The notes below the pieces were generated by a model, which saw only the letters and a list, made by a program, of their open reading frames with translations, ran no database searches and was not told where the DNA came from. The position numbers and the translations under genes were made by a program. Shown in pieces: positions 28,423 through 32,000 of a DNA stretch of 32,000 nt (its first letter is position 1; each line of letters starts with the position of its first letter). This stretch comes from Saccharolobus solfataricus (GTDB lineage Archaea; Thermoproteota; Thermoprotei_A; Sulfolobales; Sulfolobaceae): the NCBI RefSeq assembly GCF_900079115.1, contig NZ_LT549890.1, positions 1,080,001 to 1,112,000 of the forward strand, written 5' to 3'.

Positions 28423-29382
28423 GTGCATGTGAAACTAAAAATAGTGTGTTCGATGTATATGTTTTTATTAGCGCTAATCCCTTCTACAGCTTTCTCCTTT
28501 GTAAATCAAGTAGGAGATTCTATTTTAATTGTAAATGAGCACAACTTAACAATATCTGGGCTCAACATATTTGAAGGAAATATAACAATTGTCAACTCAA
28601 GTAACATTGTCATAGAAAACAATAATATCTTAAATAGTTTTTATTTTGGTATTTTCGTATATAACTCTATAAATGTCACAATCTCAAATAATATAATTAA
28701 AAATTCCTATTATGACGGAATTTCCATAAGGAACTCCAAATACGTGGAGATTAAATATAATATTATTACAAATAATACCAATGGGAATGGGATTTCAGTT
28801 TGGGATGATAGCAAGTATATAAACATAAACAACAATAAATTATTGTATAACCTATACGGAATTTTTGTACTATCCAGCTCAAATGTTAGTATCTTCAATA
28901 ACAGTTTATCTAACATATACCATTATGGAGTATATCTCTATAACTCTAGTTTAACTAAAGTTCCTAATAATTCGATACGTAACTCCGATGTGGGGATAGA
29001 AATTATCATGGGAAATCTCATATCGATACAATCTAACGCTATACTAAATAATCTTGTTGGCATTTACATAGGAGAAAATATAGGAAACCTTACTATAATA
29101 GGTAATTTAATCCAAAACTCCAAGTATTTTGGGGTATTAATTTATAATTATCCTACCACTTTCATCTTCAAAACAAATGCCTTTATGAACAACGTCTTGA
29201 ACGTCTTTTATGCGTATAATTCAACAATTCCTAAGATAAGTGTTTCGAATTCAACTATATTAACAACGATAAAACAAAGCGATAGCCATCTCGTGAAACT
29301 TTCTCCCATTATACCATTGTTACTATTGATAATGATAGTATTCCTTGTCTACTTATTTCTATTTAGAAAAGGCAGAAGATAA
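28423..29382 (+). CDS. secreted/anchored right-handed parallel beta-helix repeat protein (NosD/CASH-like)
   Basis: Signal-like N-terminus (KLKIVCSMYMFLLALIPSTAFS). About 10 tandem repeats of roughly 22 aa of the form N-I-x-I-x-N-N-x-I (for example NVTISNNIIKNSYYDGISIRNS and KYVEIKYNIITNNTNGNGISVWDD). At least ten N-x-S/T sequons. C-terminal TM anchor followed by RKGRR. The true start may be GTG 28429 or ATG 28453. Confidence 0.7.
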   Translation: MHVKLKIVCSMYMFLLALIPSTAFSFVNQVGDSILIVNEHNLTISGLNIFEGNITIVNSSNIVIENNNILNSFYFGIFVYNSINVTISNNIIKNSYYDGISIRNSKYVEIKYNIITNNTNGNGISVWDDSKYININNNKLLYNLYGIFVLSSSNVSIFNNSLSNIYHYGVYLYNSSLTKVPNNSIRNSDVGIEIIMGNLISIQSNAILNNLVGIYIGENIGNLTIIGNLIQNSKYFGVLIYNYPTTFIFKTNAFMNNVLNVFYAYNSTIPKISVSNSTILTTIKQSDSHLVKLSPIIPLLLLIMIVFLVYLFLFRKGRR

Positions 29383-29607
29383 TGAATTTTCAAGTAAACT
29401 TCTCATTTCCTTTTCGTAATTTAACATTTCGATGTATTCTTCATTAGAAATCTTACTCACTATCATACCGTAACTCACAACAACGTAGTCCCCTTCTTTG
29501 ACATCATCAACATTATTTATAACAGGTTCGACCAATCCATTACCGTAATCTACGAAGGCTACTATTCCATTAATTTGAACAACTTTTGCAGGTAAACTTA
29601 TACACAT
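29359..29607 (-). CDS. hypC: hydrogenase assembly chaperone HypC/HupF family
   Basis: Essential N-terminal MCISLPAKVV (MC[LI][GAS][LIV]P) motif. 82 aa in an OB-fold-like pattern with GDYVVVSYGMIVSKI. Confidence 0.85.
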   Translation of the reverse strand: MCISLPAKVVQINGIVAFVDYGNGLVEPVINNVDDVKEGDYVVVSYGMIVSKISNEEYIEMLNYEKEMRSLLENSLSSAFSK

Positions 29608-29954
29608 AAGATAACAATGTTTTTAATACTTTTAAATCTTTATAACTCTTATGAGCTTATATGATTTAGAAATAATCGACCTAGACGTCAATATAAGGGA
29701 TGGGAAAGTAGTTAGTGCTAAGTGCTCTGGAAACAAGGTAAGAGGATTTGAAAAAGCATTTACGGGGAAAGATGCTAAAACGTTATATGAAGTTTTACCT
29801 AGAGTCTTAGCTACATGCAGCCAATCTCACCTTTACGTATATGTTAAACCTCATATCCAAACTTCAATAACTGAACTACTTATGTTTCTAGAAATCATTG
29901 ACAGTCATATGAAACACCCTTATGCTTACTGGTTTCCACATATAATTAAAGACG

Positions 29955-31395
29955 ACAGTGGTGTTTCACCAAATTATTTCATTTGAAAGATATAATATTA
30001 GCACTTTCAAAAAGAGATTGATATAGAGAAAAACAATAAAATTATTATGAAACATAACATGTTAAAATAATTTGCAAAAAATATAGCGTACAATTCTAAT
30101 AATAAGAGGAGAATTCTGAATTTTTCTCACGTGGTGAAAACGACGTGCATAGTCTCCTCTGAACACCGAGAAAGTTAGAGAAGCTTGACGAATGAATCGA
30201 AGGACAAAACCTTCTTACACGTGGACTTGAAGTTAAAGAGAAGATGATTCACTAGATTCCACGCAGAATCCAGAACCGTATAATAGAGGAACAAGAAGAT
30301 CTTATTACTCAACTTCCTAACATACCTTATCCTTGCCTTCCTAACCTTAAAACCCTCCTCAACCTGCCACCTCAACCTATAGAGTTCAGCCAGTTCATAG
30401 GGATCTCCCTCGAAGTTCGTTACGAACATGAAGTGCCTCGGCTTTCCCTTAACGTAAACCACATCGTAATAATAAAGCCCTTCAAATTCCAAGACCCTAT
30501 ACGCAACGTAAACCTTGTCCTTAACCTCGTATCTCTTCTCAACTAATGGAACGTTAGATAGTTCCTTGAATCCCTTCAAGTTCGACTTTCCTCTCACAAT
30601 GGTCTTCACGGGCATTTCCTTGATGACCCCTAGGTTCAAGAATCCGGCGTCAGCTACAACGTAATCTATTTCCATGTATTGGCTTACTTCCCTCACGCTC
30701 CTGAGTAGGAACTGTGATGGACTGTCGCTTCTCAAATCTGCTACCTCCACTAGGAGGGGTAACCTTAAGGGATATACGAGGTCCAAGGATCTCATCTTTA
30801 CTCCTTTTCTCTTCCAGTTGTAGAGTAGAAAGCCCTCTGCTTTTTCTTGTTCCTTTTCTCCCACGGTTAATCCGGTCTCATCTACAGCGACTACGTTGAT
30901 CTCTCCCTTTACTTCTCTGTAGATTGGGTAGAACTTGAAGGTTCTCTGACCTTTACTAATTACTTTCTCGCCTCGTCTTACTACCTTCAAGTAGTATTTT
31001 CCTCTGTTTCCGGTTAGCAAGGATGGTGCTGCTTTCACTATTTCCGGGTCTAGATCTTGAGAGATAACGTTAATATTGTTTGTTGCTAAAGTTATAGCGA
31101 GGGACTTCAGCTCCGTTTTGGATACTTGTATGGTTTGCATAACGGAGTTATGGAGTCCCTCGCTTTAACCTTTTCTTGTTCATCTCGTCCTTCCACCTAC
31201 TTTCCTCTATTGATAATACTAGACAAATGGTATTACTCTTTATATATAAACTCGTTTTCTGTTAGTTTCTTCAACAAATATGAAAATTTTTTGCTTCTTG
31301 TGTTGAAATAAGCCGATTTTTCTAACTCCGCTCTGATATTTTTCTCTTCCATAGAAATTGTATCATTTTGAGTAAAATTGGTGAAACACCACTGT
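29955..31395 (-). mobile_element. Insertion sequence, 1441 bp (ISC1439-like by size), DDE type
   Basis: Perfect 18-bp terminal inverted repeats: acagtggtgtttcaccaa at 29955-29972 and its reverse complement at 31378-31395. Perfect 7-bp target-site duplication AAAGACG (29948-29954 and 31396-31402). Confidence 0.9.
30175..31140 (-). CDS. DDE transposase (IS4-superfamily-like)
   Basis: 321-aa ORF inside the IS. Contains YVVADAGF (DDE Asp) and LYRLRWQVEEGFKVRK (the Y..RW.vE..Fk..K C-terminal signature). Confidence 0.8.
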   Translation of the reverse strand: MQTIQVSKTELKSLAITLATNNINVISQDLDPEIVKAAPSLLTGNRGKYYLKVVRRGEKVISKGQRTFKFYPIYREVKGEINVVAVDETGLTVGEKEQEKAEGFLLYNWKRKGVKMRSLDLVYPLRLPLLVEVADLRSDSPSQFLLRSVREVSQYMEIDYVVADAGFLNLGVIKEMPVKTIVRGKSNLKGFKELSNVPLVEKRYEVKDKVYVAYRVLEFEGLYYYDVVYVKGKPRHFMFVTNFEGDPYELAELYRLRWQVEEGFKVRKARIRYVRKLSNKIFLFLYYTVLDSAWNLVNHLLFNFKSTCKKVLSFDSFVKLL

Positions 31396-32000
31396 AAAGA
31401 CGAGAAGTACTCTTTCCCCTCAGGAGAAAAATTTAGAAAAGTGAGTTTAGTATCTAGAAAAATAAAAGAGATTATGGAGAAAATTGGAGGAAAGTGGCCT
31501 CATGTGGATTATTTAAAAGGTGAGAAAATTGTGAAAATTACAAAAGGAGAACTAAGAGATATAACAAGTTTTATGGAAAGTGAGTTACTTGGAATGTCAA
31601 TAGAGGACTTTCTTAACGTAAAAAGGTTGGAGGAATTATCTGGTGATCTAAAACTAATGGTGGAGAAAAGTATTGATTCGTTGAACTGGAATTTCGGGTT
31701 AAGGAATTATCTAGTAGTTGGATTTCCTTTTAAAAATACTGAATTTGATTGCAATTACATTAAGGATGAGGGACTAGAGGTAAGTTATAAGGGTAAAAAG
31801 GTTGAAGTTGGACCATTGGCTCAAGCTTTAACTTTTGATAAATTAGTCAAAAGCTATTTTAATAAATATGGTCCTTCACCACTACTTAGGGAAATATCTA
31901 GGATTAAAGTTGCTGTGAAACTAATAAGCGAGATTAACGATTTAGATATAAGTAGTGAAAGATTTTCGATTTCAGATGGCAATTACGTTTCTTTTGCCGA

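Larger units (their letters stand above)
29651..32000 (+). pseudogene. [NiFe]-hydrogenase large-subunit paralogue (HupK/HoxV-like scaffold candidate), interrupted by an IS; 3' end beyond the window
   Basis: The N-terminus LEIIDLDVNIRDGKVVSAKCSGNKVRGFEKAFTGKDAKTLYEVLPRVLATCSQSH follows the large-subunit N-terminal pattern (..v.v.dGkV..a.....RGfEk...G.d......R.CG.C...H). Leu53 sits at the first Cys position; C56 and H60 are kept. The frame stops being meaningful at 29954. It resumes exactly after the IS and target duplication at 31396 (KDEKYSFPSGEKF...VEVGPLAQALTF...) and stays open to position 32000. Confidence 0.6.

Overview
AT-rich crenarchaeal sequence that looks Sulfolobaceae-like (hand GC counts about 28% in host lines). 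Supporting signs are leaderless genes with TATA boxes about 25-30 nt upstream of the start codon, ISC-type insertion sequences, and a GH12 cellulase with a Ser/Thr linker. The window has three sectors. (1) 1-4.5 kb holds ordinary genes: an XdhC-like fragment, an EamA transporter, an FAD oxidoreductase divergent from an unusual YHS+Rdx fusion protein, and a pirin. (2) 4.8-15.3 kb is an IS-riddled variable region. It contains a TnpB remnant split by a 1225-bp IS, and an ABC-transporter operon destroyed by a GC-rich IS5-type element, a MITE-like insert, nonsense mutations and frameshifts. It also contains a GH12 endoglucanase, further IS debris, an intact TPP enzyme, and a NiCoT nickel transporter bracketed by homologous IS/MITE termini. 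(3) 13.3 kb to the right edge is a [NiFe]-hydrogenase island. An 11-gene minus-strand block reads hynS-hynL-isp1-isp2, then four unknown ORFs, the endopeptidase, and a sixth unknown ORF; the unknown ORFs include a degenerate endopeptidase paralogue and an NTase-like protein. A convergent hypA plus Mrp/MinD-type hypB pair, hypC, and a large-subunit paralogue (HupK/HoxV-like) cleanly interrupted by a 1441-bp IS with a 7-bp target duplication complete the island. A four-gene membrane / thioredoxin-YyaL / beta-helix cluster sits beside the hydrogenase promoter. The best candidates for something undescribed are four. The structural subunits are non-canonical: the small subunit lacks several canonical Fe-S cysteines, the large subunit is oversized, and Isp2 has no CCG motifs. 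The uncharacterised co-transcribed assembly ORFs, the adjacent membrane/Trx/beta-helix cluster, and the YHS-Rdx fusion are the others. No rRNA, tRNA or CRISPR array was seen. All homology calls are motif recognition by eye, not database searches.
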